Shown here: piece after piece, positions 1-8,829 of the stretch | Numbering within the stretch: position 1 is the first letter of the stretch | Layout of the letters: each line of letters begins with the position of its first letter | From: Candidatus Omnitrophota bacterium | GTDB taxonomy: Bacteria > Omnitrophota > Gorgyraeia > Zapsychrales > Zapsychraceae | DNA length: 63,167 bases | Assembly (NCBI GenBank): GCA_015233195.1 | Contig: JADFYE010000013.1 | Location: forward strand, 1-63,167 | Direction: 5' to 3' | Made by a program: the position numbers and the translations under genes | The notes under the pieces: model-generated | Told to the model about the DNA's origin: nothing | Databases searched by the model: none | What the model saw: the letters and a program-made list of their open reading frames with translations, nothing else

Positions 1-16
1 TAAACAAACCTTATCT

Positions 17-2935
17 ATGACTGCTCATGATTTGACTTTAGTGGAACAGAATTTTGATCTGGGTTTGACTATAACCGTTAATTATTTTACTTTACCGGAA
101 GAACCATATGCTGGGTTAGTACGTAAGGTAACAATTAAAAATACTGGTAGTACGCGTCGTGAGATTGAAGTGGTTGATGGTTTGCCGATTATAGTGCCTT
201 ATGGTTTAACAGATTGGGCTAGTAAGCATATGTCTCGTACAGTTGAAGCTTGGGTTAAGGTACGGAATTTAGAAGCTAAAGCTCCGTACTATCATTTGTG
301 CGTGGAAGTTAACGATCGTCCAGAAGTTAATGATATTAAAGAGGGTAATTTCTTTTTTAGTTTCACTAATGATAATGGTAAGAACAAACTTTTGGATCCT
401 TTAATAGAATCCGCATGTGTTTTTGATCATTGTAATGATTTTATCGCGCCGGCTGAATTTTTGCGGGATGATTTTAAAATCCCAAATGTGCAGCAAACCG
501 CTAACCGTACCCCGTCAGCAATGTGTTATTGGAAAGATGCGGTGGATGCAGGTAAGGAGCGGTCTATAACGTCGATGTTTGGTTATGCGCATGAACTTGG
601 TCAAGTAAATAATATTGTTAAAGAGGTTATTGCAGATGATAAATTTTTTGATAAAAAATCTTTTAGGAATAAAGAGCTTATTGATCAGATAAAAAATTTT
701 GCATTTACCAAGAGTTCGTCGACTGAGTTAGATTTGTATACGCAGCAAACTTTTTTGGATAACATTATGCGCGGAGGATTGCCAGTATCATTAAAGACCA
801 CAAAAGGGGATGTGGCGTTTAATGTTTATAGCCGTAAACATGGAGATTTGGAACGGGATTACAATTATTTTTTGGTGTCGCCTACGTTTTATTCGCAGGG
901 TAACGGTAATTACCGGGATGTGAATCAGAATAGACGTAATGATGTTTGGTTTAATAGTGATGTAAAAGACAGTCATTTAGTGAATTTTTTAAATTTGGTG
1001 CAAGCTGACGGATACAATCCTTTGGTTATAAAGGGAACAACATTTTTTTGTGAAGACCAGGATAAGATTAAAAAAGTAGTTAAAGCGTCTACTGGAGGAG
1101 CACACCAGGAAAAATTATTGAAATTTGTAGAAAAGCCTTTTTTACCAGGTGAGTTATTACGTTTTGTTTATTTGAATGATATTAAGCTGACTGTAGATAA
1201 AAAAGATTTTCTTGGGAAGATATTAGAGGTTTGTCATAAGAATGAAATGGCAGACCATGGGGAAGGTTTTTGGGTGGATCATTGGACGTATAATTTAGAT
1301 TTAGTGGAAAGTTATTTGAGTGTTTATCCTGAAGATTTAAAAGCTTTGTTGTTCGACCGAAAAGATTTCTTTTTTTATCAGAGCGATCATTTTGTTCTTC
1401 CTCGCGATAAGCGGTATATTTTAACAGATAAAGGCGTACGTCAATACTCGTCGGTAGCTAAAGGTTCTGAAGCGGAAGTAGGGGATGTTTCAGAACATGC
1501 GCTTAAGACTAGGAATGGTAATGGCGTGGTTTATAGAACTAATTTGATCTGTAAGATGCTTTCTATATTAGCAAATAAAGTCGCTACTTTGGATCCGAGC
1601 AATATTGGCATTGAAATGGAAGCGGATAAACCAAGTTGGTATGACGCGTTAAATGGTCTGCCGGGGCTGTTGGGTTCGTCAATTTGTGAAACTTATGAGG
1701 TTAAACGGTTAGCCCAGTTTGTTATTGCTGCATTAAATCAATTGAACTTACCAGATACGACTAAGATAGTGATGTTTGAGGAATTGGCGACATTTATTTC
1801 CGGGTTGACTAATGTGCTTTCTTTGGAACCGAATGCTTTTGCGTATTGGAATAAGTCTAATGATATTAAAGAGCTTTACCGGAACAATATCCGCAAAGGC
1901 ATTACTGGTACAGAGCAAGAATTAACTTTAAAAGAGATTAGAAATTTTCTTAACGCGGTAAATTTAAAGACTACTAAGGCAGTTGAATTAGCTAAGAATG
2001 ATAAGGGGTTTTTGAGCACTTATTTTTTTCATGAAGTTAAAGAATTTGAGGTTATTGATAAAATTAAGAAGTTGGTTAAACCTAAAAAATTCGAGCTGCA
2101 TTATTTGCCTTTATTTTTAGAAGGTTATGTCCATGCTTTAAGAACTGAAGGTCAAGGGGAGACTGCTAAAAAATTATATGAAGAAGTAAGGCGCAGTGAT
2201 TTATTCGATAAAAAGTTGAAGATGTATAAGGTTAATGCTGATTTGTCGTCGCAATCAACAGCGATTGGACGATCTAGAGTTTTTCCGGCAGGCTGGCTTG
2301 AGAATGAATCGATCTGGCTGCATATGGAATATAAATTTCTGCTTGAACTTTTACGTTGTGAATTAGTGGATGATTTTTATGTTAATTTAAAACATGTTCT
2401 GGTCCCGTTTTTGAAACCTGAGATTTATGGGCGAAGTATACTTGAAAATTCATCTTTTATAGTCAGTAGTGCCCATCAAGATACCGCGTTGCATGGGCAA
2501 GGTTTTGTCGCTAGATTATCAGGCAGTACAGCAGAGTTGTTGCATATTTGGATGTTTATGAATATTGGTCCAAAACCTTTTCGGTTTGATGCGAAAAAAG
2601 GTCTGGTATTAGTATTTGAGCCGGCTTTACAAGGTTGGCTCTTTACTGAAGATAAATCAGTAATGGAGTACATTGATAGTCAAAATCAAAAACGTTCTAT
2701 TGAAATACCAAAGAATGCTTATGCGTTCGCATTATTTGGTTCAACAATAGTTGTTTATCATAATCCGGGACGTAAAAATACTTATGGTCAAGACCGGGTA
2801 AATGTTAAAGATATACATGTAACTTATCGCAATAATAAAAAATCCCAAGTAATAGATTCTAGTGTCATTCCTGCTCCGTATGCCGAAGATATTCGTAGTC
2901 GTAAAATAGAGAGAATAGATGTATTTTTTGTTTAA
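17..2935 (+). CDS. Large glycoside phosphorylase/hydrolase-like protein (GH94-like (alpha/alpha)6 type); function unassigned
   Basis: 972-aa ORF. The frame stays open upstream of ATG-17 to the window edge, so the N-terminus may be incomplete. Motifs GNGNYRDVNQNRRND and KPSWYDALNGLPG resemble, from memory, the RDxNQD and DWNDxxN boxes of cellobiose/chitobiose-phosphorylase-type enzymes. Coding is certain; the family call is tentative. Confidence 0.55.
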   Translation: MTAHDLTLVEQNFDLGLTITVNYFTLPEEPYAGLVRKVTIKNTGSTRREIEVVDGLPIIVPYGLTDWASKHMSRTVEAWVKVRNLEAKAPYYHLCVEVNDRPEVNDIKEGNFFFSFTNDNGKNKLLDPLIESACVFDHCNDFIAPAEFLRDDFKIPNVQQTANRTPSAMCYWKDAVDAGKERSITSMFGYAHELGQVNNIVKEVIADDKFFDKKSFRNKELIDQIKNFAFTKSSSTELDLYTQQTFLDNIMRGGLPVSLKTTKGDVAFNVYSRKHGDLERDYNYFLVSPTFYSQGNGNYRDVNQNRRNDVWFNSDVKDSHLVNFLNLVQADGYNPLVIKGTTFFCEDQDKIKKVVKASTGGAHQEKLLKFVEKPFLPGELLRFVYLNDIKLTVDKKDFLGKILEVCHKNEMADHGEGFWVDHWTYNLDLVESYLSVYPEDLKALLFDRKDFFFYQSDHFVLPRDKRYILTDKGVRQYSSVAKGSEAEVGDVSEHALKTRNGNGVVYRTNLICKMLSILANKVATLDPSNIGIEMEADKPSWYDALNGLPGLLGSSICETYEVKRLAQFVIAALNQLNLPDTTKIVMFEELATFISGLTNVLSLEPNAFAYWNKSNDIKELYRNNIRKGITGTEQELTLKEIRNFLNAVNLKTTKAVELAKNDKGFLSTYFFHEVKEFEVIDKIKKLVKPKKFELHYLPLFLEGYVHALRTEGQGETAKKLYEEVRRSDLFDKKLKMYKVNADLSSQSTAIGRSRVFPAGWLENESIWLHMEYKFLLELLRCELVDDFYVNLKHVLVPFLKPEIYGRSILENSSFIVSSAHQDTALHGQGFVARLSGSTAELLHIWMFMNIGPKPFRFDAKKGLVLVFEPALQGWLFTEDKSVMEYIDSQNQKRSIEIPKNAYAFALFGSTIVVYHNPGRKNTYGQDRVNVKDIHVTYRNNKKSQVIDSSVIPAPYAEDIRSRKIERIDVFFV

Positions 2936-2953
2936 TTTTTAATAGGAGGTCGT

Positions 2954-3949
2954 ATGGCTTTTACAGATATTACCGCGCTAAATGAAAAAGTCAGACAAGA
3001 AAGCTCTTTTGTTCAGGGCGTATTATTCGAGTGCAAGAAAGTAATTGTAGGACAGAGTAATTTATTAGAGCGTTTATTAGTGGGACTTTTAGCGAACGGA
3101 CATGTGCTTTTAGAAAGCGTGCCGGGTCTAGCAAAAACTACAGCAGTAAAAACCCTTGCATCAACGATTCAGGCAAAATTTCAGAGGATTCAATTTACGC
3201 CTGATATGCTTCCAGCTGATCTTACCGGAACACTGATCTACGACCAGCGGACTACAGAATTTAAAATGCAAAGAGGACCGTTATTCGCTAATCTAATATT
3301 AGCTGATGAAATTAACCGTGCGCCTGCTAAAGTGCAAAGTGCTTTACTGGAAGCCATGCAGGAACGTCAGATAACGGTAGGAACTAATACAATGAAGCTC
3401 GACGATCTTTTTATGGTATTAGCTACTCAGAATCCGATTGAGCAAGAGGGTACTTATCGTTTGCCTGAAGCACAAGTTGACCGGTTCATGCTTAAAGTAA
3501 AACTCACTTATCCCAATAAGGAAGAAGAGTGGGAAATATTAAAAAGGATGAGTTTTACCGGACATCATATTGAAGTTAATCCAGTGGTAACAACACAACA
3601 AATTATTAATGCGCGAAATGTAGTTGATGATATATATGTAGACGAGAAAGTCCAAAAATATATTGTGGATATTGTTGATGCTACCCGTTCACCTGAAAAG
3701 TATAAATTGAATGATCTTAAAGGATTGATCCAATATGGAGGATCTCCTCGGGCTACTATAAATCTTACTATAGCATCTAAAGCCTATGCGTTTTTGCAGG
3801 GCAGGGGTTATGTTACACCGCAGGATGTTAAATCTATAGGCATGGATGTTTTACGGCATAGAATTATTGTTACTTACGAAGCAGAAGCAGAAGAAAAAAC
3901 ATCAGAAGATATAGTTACTCGAATTTTTAACGAGATCCCAGTTCCCTAA
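2954..3949 (+). CDS. MoxR-family AAA+ ATPase
   Basis: RBS aggagg 6 nt upstream. Walker A-like LLESVPGLAKTT, Walker B ILADEINRAPAKVQSALLEAMQE. Followed by DUF58 and vWA (Bat) genes, as is typical for MoxR. Confidence 0.9.
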   Translation: MAFTDITALNEKVRQESSFVQGVLFECKKVIVGQSNLLERLLVGLLANGHVLLESVPGLAKTTAVKTLASTIQAKFQRIQFTPDMLPADLTGTLIYDQRTTEFKMQRGPLFANLILADEINRAPAKVQSALLEAMQERQITVGTNTMKLDDLFMVLATQNPIEQEGTYRLPEAQVDRFMLKVKLTYPNKEEEWEILKRMSFTGHHIEVNPVVTTQQIINARNVVDDIYVDEKVQKYIVDIVDATRSPEKYKLNDLKGLIQYGGSPRATINLTIASKAYAFLQGRGYVTPQDVKSIGMDVLRHRIIVTYEAEAEEKTSEDIVTRIFNEIPVP

Positions 3950-3954
3950 AAATT

Positions 3955-4869
3955 ATGATTCCTAAGGAACTTTTTAAGAAAATCCGCAGGATTGAGATAG
4001 TCACGTCCCGTTTGGTAACTGATGTATTTGCGGGCCAGTACCACAGTGTGTTTAAAGGTCAGGGTATTGAGTTCGATGAAGTACGGGAGTACCAAATTGG
4101 AGACGATATCCGCACTATTGATTGGAATGTTACTGCCCGCACTGGAAAACCGCATGTTAAGAAATTCGTAGAAGAACGAGAGTTGACTGTCATGATTATG
4201 GTGGACATGTCACATTCTTTGCGTTTCGGTTCAGTTAATAATTTAAAAAATCAGATTGCTGCAGAAATATCTGCGGTATTAGCGTTGTCTGCAATTCAGA
4301 ATAATGATAAAGTCGGATTGATAATTTTTACTGATAAAGTCGAGAAATTTATTCCTCCTCGTAAAGGCCGTAGTCATGTGCTTAGAGTAATCCGTGAAGT
4401 TTTATATTTTGAACCGCAGGGTAAAACTACTAATATAGAAGGTGCTCTCGAGTATTTGAGTCATACTTTGACACGCAGATCAATTGTGTTTTTGATATCG
4501 GATTTTTTGGCAGAGGGTGACAAAAAAATATCATCATTAAGAAATTCCAGTTTGAAAAAAACTATCGCGATCGCTAATAAACGACATGATCTGGTTGCTG
4601 TGACTTTGAATGATCCTCGGGAAAGCGAGTTACCGGAATGCGGATTAGTATATCTTGAAGACGCTGAAACCGGCGAGATTTTTACGATTGATTGTGGAGA
4701 TAAGATGGTACGGGAGAATTACAAGTCTTTAAATGTTAAACGGATTAAAGATCGGGAACGGATGTTAAGAAGCGCGGGCGTTGATATGATAAATATTTCG
4801 ACGGATAAATCGTATGTGGATGAGATTATAAAGTTTTTCAAGCAGCGGGGACGAAGAAAGCGTAGATAG
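3955..4869 (+). CDS. DUF58-domain protein (MoxR-associated, vWA-like)
   Basis: Motif YQIGDDIRTIDWNVTARTGKPHVKKFVEEREL is typical of DUF58. Sits directly after MoxR. Confidence 0.85.
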   Translation: MIPKELFKKIRRIEIVTSRLVTDVFAGQYHSVFKGQGIEFDEVREYQIGDDIRTIDWNVTARTGKPHVKKFVEERELTVMIMVDMSHSLRFGSVNNLKNQIAAEISAVLALSAIQNNDKVGLIIFTDKVEKFIPPRKGRSHVLRVIREVLYFEPQGKTTNIEGALEYLSHTLTRRSIVFLISDFLAEGDKKISSLRNSSLKKTIAIANKRHDLVAVTLNDPRESELPECGLVYLEDAETGEIFTIDCGDKMVRENYKSLNVKRIKDRERMLRSAGVDMINISTDKSYVDEIIKFFKQRGRRKRR

Positions 4870-4920
4870 AGTTATTGTCTAAGTGTAAAAGTATTAGAGT
4901 GTCAAAGAAAAAACATCAAG

Positions 4921-5091
4921 CAAATTTTTAAAGTAAAAAGCGTAGGTATTGAAGCAGACGTTGATAATTCGAGCGGGCACGGTTCGTACATGCTTTTTGT
5001 ACGAGAGCGAGAATTATCTTCGAGCGTAGTTTAATTCGCTGGATTAAACAAGCGTTCTGCGAGATGCCAAAGATTTTTACACAAAAATTTG
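4921..5091 (+). repeat. Intergenic hairpin repeat, family A, copy 1 (ERIC/MITE-like imperfect palindrome)
   Basis: About 171 nt, alignable end to end with 5617-5788. Terminal pairing caaattttt/aaaaatttg, stem gataattc/gaattatc (4963-4970 / 5011-5018), inner stem tcgtaca/tgtacga (4984-4990 / 4998-5004), side hairpin gtttaat-N7-attaaac. No reading frame is conserved between the copies. Confidence 0.85.
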
Positions 5092-5109
5092 TTTTACTTA
5101 GGATTGATT

Positions 5110-5616
5110 ATGAATGATATACGTGATGTGAAACCAACGGTTGCAGCTATAGGTATTGATCTGCCGAATTCCTGGTTGTTTTGGGTTATTGTAATTGTGA
5201 TTTTGGCTGTGATTATTTTTTTGGTAATATTTTTTAGACGTAAAAAAACCGAACCCGTATTGCCGCCTAAAACTGCTTGGGAAAAAGCTTTAGAGAAAGT
5301 GGATATTTTAGAGCGTAAGCAATTAGCACAAAAAGGCGAGTATAAAAGTTTTTATTCTGAGCTCAGCGATATTTTGCGTCAGTATATTGAAGAAAGATTT
5401 TTAATATCTGCTCCGGAAATGACTACAGAAGAATTTTTGTCCGCGCCAAGTACCAAGGCAGCTTTGGCTGATAAGCAAAGGAAGGATTTGGCGGATTTTT
5501 TAACGCATTGCGATATGGTTAAATTTGCAAAATTTCAGTCGGATGTGGCGCAGGCTGAGACAAGTTTGAAATTGGTGAGACAGTTGATTGTAGAAACGAA
5601 GGCGGAAAAAATATAA
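5110..5616 (+). CDS. DUF4381-like single-pass membrane protein of the Bat/MoxR operon
   Basis: Start chosen at MNDIRDVKP (agga 6 nt upstream); the track start at 5089 is TTG. One TM helix (WLFWVIVIVILAVIIFLVIFF) followed by RRKK. Its position between DUF58 and BatA matches the canonical operon. Confidence 0.7.
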   Translation: MNDIRDVKPTVAAIGIDLPNSWLFWVIVIVILAVIIFLVIFFRRKKTEPVLPPKTAWEKALEKVDILERKQLAQKGEYKSFYSELSDILRQYIEERFLISAPEMTTEEFLSAPSTKAALADKQRKDLADFLTHCDMVKFAKFQSDVAQAETSLKLVRQLIVETKAEKI

Positions 5617-5788
5617 GCAAATTTTATAGCTCAAAATCGCAGGTATTTAAGCGGACGTAGATAATTCGAGCGGGCATGGTTCGCACCTGCTTTTAGGTGC
5701 GAGAGCGAGAATTATCTTCGAGCGCAGTTTAATACGCTGGATTAAACCAGTGATCCGTGAAATACCGAAGATTTTTAATAAAATTTGC
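5617..5788 (+). repeat. Intergenic hairpin repeat, family A, copy 2
   Basis: Begins immediately after the stop codon at 5614-5616. Terminal pairing gcaaatttta/taaaatttgc (10 bp), stem gataattc/gaattatc (5660-5667 / 5709-5716), inner stem tcgcacc/ggtgcga (5681-5687 / 5696-5702). Differences from copy 1 in the stems are compensatory. Confidence 0.85.
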
Positions 5789-5819
5789 CAAATATATTAA
5801 TATTTTACTCGGTAGTTTT

Positions 5820-6815
5820 ATGGAATTTAAAACTTTTTGGATATTATTTTTGATACCGGTTGTACTCGCGATACTTTGGGCATTGCGGGTACGGTCACGT
5901 CCTATTGGTCTTAAATTCCCTTCAAAATCCGTAGCTGCTTCTGCCGCGCGAAGCTGGAAGACTCAAGGCGATGGGTTCATGTTTCTTTTACGTTTAATTT
6001 CAATTGGTTTGTTTTTATTTGCTTTAGCTGGTCCGCGGTTAGTATTGGATGAATCCAAGACTCAGGTAGAAGGAATTAATATAATGTTGGCATTGGACGC
6101 GTCAGGAAGTATGGCTGCTTTAGATTTTCAGATTGAAGGTAAACGTAACTCTCGTCTGGATGTAGTTAAAAAAGTAGTGGAAGATTTTATTTCAAAGCGG
6201 TCAACAGATAAGATTGGATTGGTGGTATTCGGGGGATTAGCTTATACAGTCTGTCCTTTGACTACTGATTATGATTGGTTACGGAATTATTTAGATTCTT
6301 TAAAATTGGGTACTGTAGACGATGGAACTGCTATAGGCTCGGCAATAGCTTCAGCTACTTTACGTTTAAAAGAAGTTAAAGCAAAAAGTAAAGTTATTAT
6401 ATTGTTGACTGACGGTTTGAATAATCGGGGTACAGTAAGTCCAGTTGACGCTGCTTTCGCGGCTAAAGCCAATGGGATTAAAATATATACTATCGGGGTT
6501 GGCGCTCGCGGTTTAGCTCCGTTTCCAGTACAGGATCAGTTTGGTCGAATATTTTATCAGAATATACCAGTTGATATTGATGAAGACACTTTGAAAAAAG
6601 TGGCAGATATGACTGGCGGAAAATATTACCGGGCGACTGACACGGATGAATTACAAGCTATTTATCGAGAAATAGATGCTTTGGAAAAGATTAAGATAGA
6701 CGAGAAAAAGTATTATCAGTATAAGGAATTATTTGATAAGTTTTTACTGGGCGCTGTATTATTACTATTAATTGAAATTATTTTGCGCAATACATTATTT
6801 TTGAAAATACCTTAA
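5820..6815 (+). CDS. batA: BatA-type vWA-domain membrane protein
   Basis: Start taken at MEFKTFWILFLIP; the upstream GTG-5757 extension lies inside repeat A2. MIDAS motif LALDASGSM, LLTDGLNN, C-terminal TM helix. Confidence 0.85.
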   Translation: MEFKTFWILFLIPVVLAILWALRVRSRPIGLKFPSKSVAASAARSWKTQGDGFMFLLRLISIGLFLFALAGPRLVLDESKTQVEGINIMLALDASGSMAALDFQIEGKRNSRLDVVKKVVEDFISKRSTDKIGLVVFGGLAYTVCPLTTDYDWLRNYLDSLKLGTVDDGTAIGSAIASATLRLKEVKAKSKVIILLTDGLNNRGTVSPVDAAFAAKANGIKIYTIGVGARGLAPFPVQDQFGRIFYQNIPVDIDEDTLKKVADMTGGKYYRATDTDELQAIYREIDALEKIKIDEKKYYQYKELFDKFLLGAVLLLLIEIILRNTLFLKIP

Positions 6816-6823
6816 GGTAAATT

Positions 6824-7846
6824 ATGCGTTTTGCAAATCTTTATATGTTAAATGGTTTATGGCTCCTAATTGTAATGGGGGTATTATTTTGGTATTTTGG
6901 AAAAAAATACCGAATGGTATTAGCTAAGTTTGCTCAATCTGATCTGCTTAAGCACTTAATACCGTCAGCGTTAACAGGGCTGAGGCGTACGAGTATGTTT
7001 GTTTTGCTGTTAGTTTTATTTTTTTCTATATTGGCTTTAACCAGACCGCAGTGGGGTTTTTCATGGGAGAAAATCAAGCGGCAAGGGTTGGATATTGTTT
7101 TGGTGGTGGATGTTTCAAAAAGCATGCTGAGTCAGGACGTTAAACCCAACAGGTTAGAACGTACTAAATTAGCTATAAGGGATCTTTTGACGAACTTAAA
7201 GGGTGATAGGGTTGGGTTAGTAGCGTTTGCTGGAGGAGCAATCCCAATATGTCCCTTAACAGTTGATTATGGCGGATTTGTAATGGCTTTGAATAATTTG
7301 AATTTTGATGTTGTTTCTCGCGGCGGCACGAATTTGGAACGCGGTATAGATGAGGCTATAAAAGGTTATGCGCAAAGCAACCGTAAATATAAAGCAATAA
7401 TCGTAATTACAGATGGTGAAAATTGGGATGGGGATCCTTTAAAATCTGCTAAAGATGCTAAAGAGCTGGGGATAAAAATATTCACGATCGGCATTGGTAC
7501 CAGAGAAGGGGATCTGATACCAGTAAAAACTGAAGAGGGCGATCAGGAATTTTTAAAAGATAAAGACGGAAATTTTGTTAAAACGCATCTTAATGAAAAT
7601 TTATTGGAAAATATCGCAGCTATTACTCAGGGCGCGTATGTTAAAGCCAGTGGAACTGAGTTTGGGTTGAATTTAATATATGATAAATATTTATTTGGCT
7701 GGGAAAAACAAGAGTTTGAAACAAAACTGGAAAAAAAATATTTTGAAAGATTTCAAATCCCTTTGGCTTTAGCTGTCATATTTTTAATATTTGATACGAT
7801 TTTGTGGATCGCTCCAGGGCGATTTATGAAAACAAAGCGGAATTAA
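6824..7846 (+). CDS. batB: BatB-type vWA-domain membrane protein
   Basis: MIDAS VLVVDVSKSM, VITDGENWDGD, N- and C-terminal TM helices. Follows batA. Confidence 0.85.
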   Translation: MRFANLYMLNGLWLLIVMGVLFWYFGKKYRMVLAKFAQSDLLKHLIPSALTGLRRTSMFVLLLVLFFSILALTRPQWGFSWEKIKRQGLDIVLVVDVSKSMLSQDVKPNRLERTKLAIRDLLTNLKGDRVGLVAFAGGAIPICPLTVDYGGFVMALNNLNFDVVSRGGTNLERGIDEAIKGYAQSNRKYKAIIVITDGENWDGDPLKSAKDAKELGIKIFTIGIGTREGDLIPVKTEEGDQEFLKDKDGNFVKTHLNENLLENIAAITQGAYVKASGTEFGLNLIYDKYLFGWEKQEFETKLEKKYFERFQIPLALAVIFLIFDTILWIAPGRFMKTKRN

Positions 7847-7874
7847 ATTTAACAAATAATTCAGAGAAAACATT

Positions 7875-8825
7875 ATGTATAAAATCATCAAAATTTTTGT
7901 AATTATGTTGTTTTTTGCCCAAGCTGCAGGATTTTCTTTTGCGGATGAAAAAGCAAAAGATCTGCGCAAGGGCAATAAATTATTTCGTAAAGGTGATTAT
8001 GAACAATCAGTTAAATATTTTCAGGATGCTTTAACTAAAGATCCGGAAGCAGCATTGACTAATTACAATATCGGAACCGCTTTTTATAAAACTTCCGAGT
8101 TTGACAAGGCTGCAGTGTATATTGAGAAAGCATTATTGTCAGACGATATTAATATAAGAGAAAAAGCATATTATAACCGGGGGAATATTTTATATCGTTT
8201 GGCTAGAGAAAAAGAAGCGCAGTGTGATCTGGATGGCGCTAGTAAAAGTATGGAACAGTCGGTTGAGTCTTATGACGAAGCAGTCAAATTATTGCCTAAA
8301 GATAAAGACGCTGAATTCAATATTGATCTGGTTAAACAAGAGATAGAACGGGTCGCAAATAAAAAGAAATTACCACGTAAAAAGTGGAATGCCGACGGGT
8401 CGTGCGAACAAAAACAAAATTCAAAGAGTGATCAGAACAATAAAGAAAATAAACCAGACAAAAATAAACAGGATCAGAATAAGCAAGGGCAGCCGCAACC
8501 AGATAAATCTAAACCTGATAATCAACCTGACCAAAATCAAAAAAATAACGAGCAGAAGTCAGACGATAAAGCTAAAGATCAATCAGAGCAGAATAAAGAT
8601 AAAAATCCAGACAATAAAAAGAATGATAATGATGGAAAAGATAATGATAATAAGCAAAATGATAAAAGAGATCAGAATAACAAAGACGGTCAGGGAGAGC
8701 AGTCTCCGGAAAGTCAAAAAGATCCTCAGACATTATTAAATGATTATCAGAATAATGAAGAGCCAAAAGGAACATTAAATTTGAATCCGCAAAAAGCAAT
8801 TGGCTCAGTCTCGAAAGATTGGTAG
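7875..8825 (+). CDS. batC: BatC-type TPR protein with long K/N/D/Q-rich low-complexity tail
   Basis: Signal-like N-terminus and TPR-like repeats (GDYEQSVKYFQDAL, YNIGTAFYKTSEFDKA). The tail, at roughly 8400-8720, is almost only K/N/D/Q/P. Confidence 0.75.
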   Translation: MYKIIKIFVIMLFFAQAAGFSFADEKAKDLRKGNKLFRKGDYEQSVKYFQDALTKDPEAALTNYNIGTAFYKTSEFDKAAVYIEKALLSDDINIREKAYYNRGNILYRLAREKEAQCDLDGASKSMEQSVESYDEAVKLLPKDKDAEFNIDLVKQEIERVANKKKLPRKKWNADGSCEQKQNSKSDQNNKENKPDKNKQDQNKQGQPQPDKSKPDNQPDQNQKNNEQKSDDKAKDQSEQNKDKNPDNKKNDNDGKDNDNKQNDKRDQNNKDGQGEQSPESQKDPQTLLNDYQNNEEPKGTLNLNPQKAIGSVSKDW

Positions 8826-8829
8826 AGCT

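Noticed and set aside
5757-5819. GTG-initiated N-terminal extension of batA
   Set aside because: It is encoded by repeat A2 sequence. The same repeat upstream of the DUF4381 gene is non-coding, and the ATG at 5820 gives a normal TM-first BatA.
8389-8739. 116-aa + strand ORF (MPTGRANKNKIQRV...) and the 75-aa minus-strand ORF at 8572-8799
   Set aside because: Both are alternative-frame read-throughs of the purine-rich low-complexity tail of batC. Their composition (K/I/R/N runs) is an artefact of the repeat-like DNA, and the batC frame is continuous with the TPR domain.
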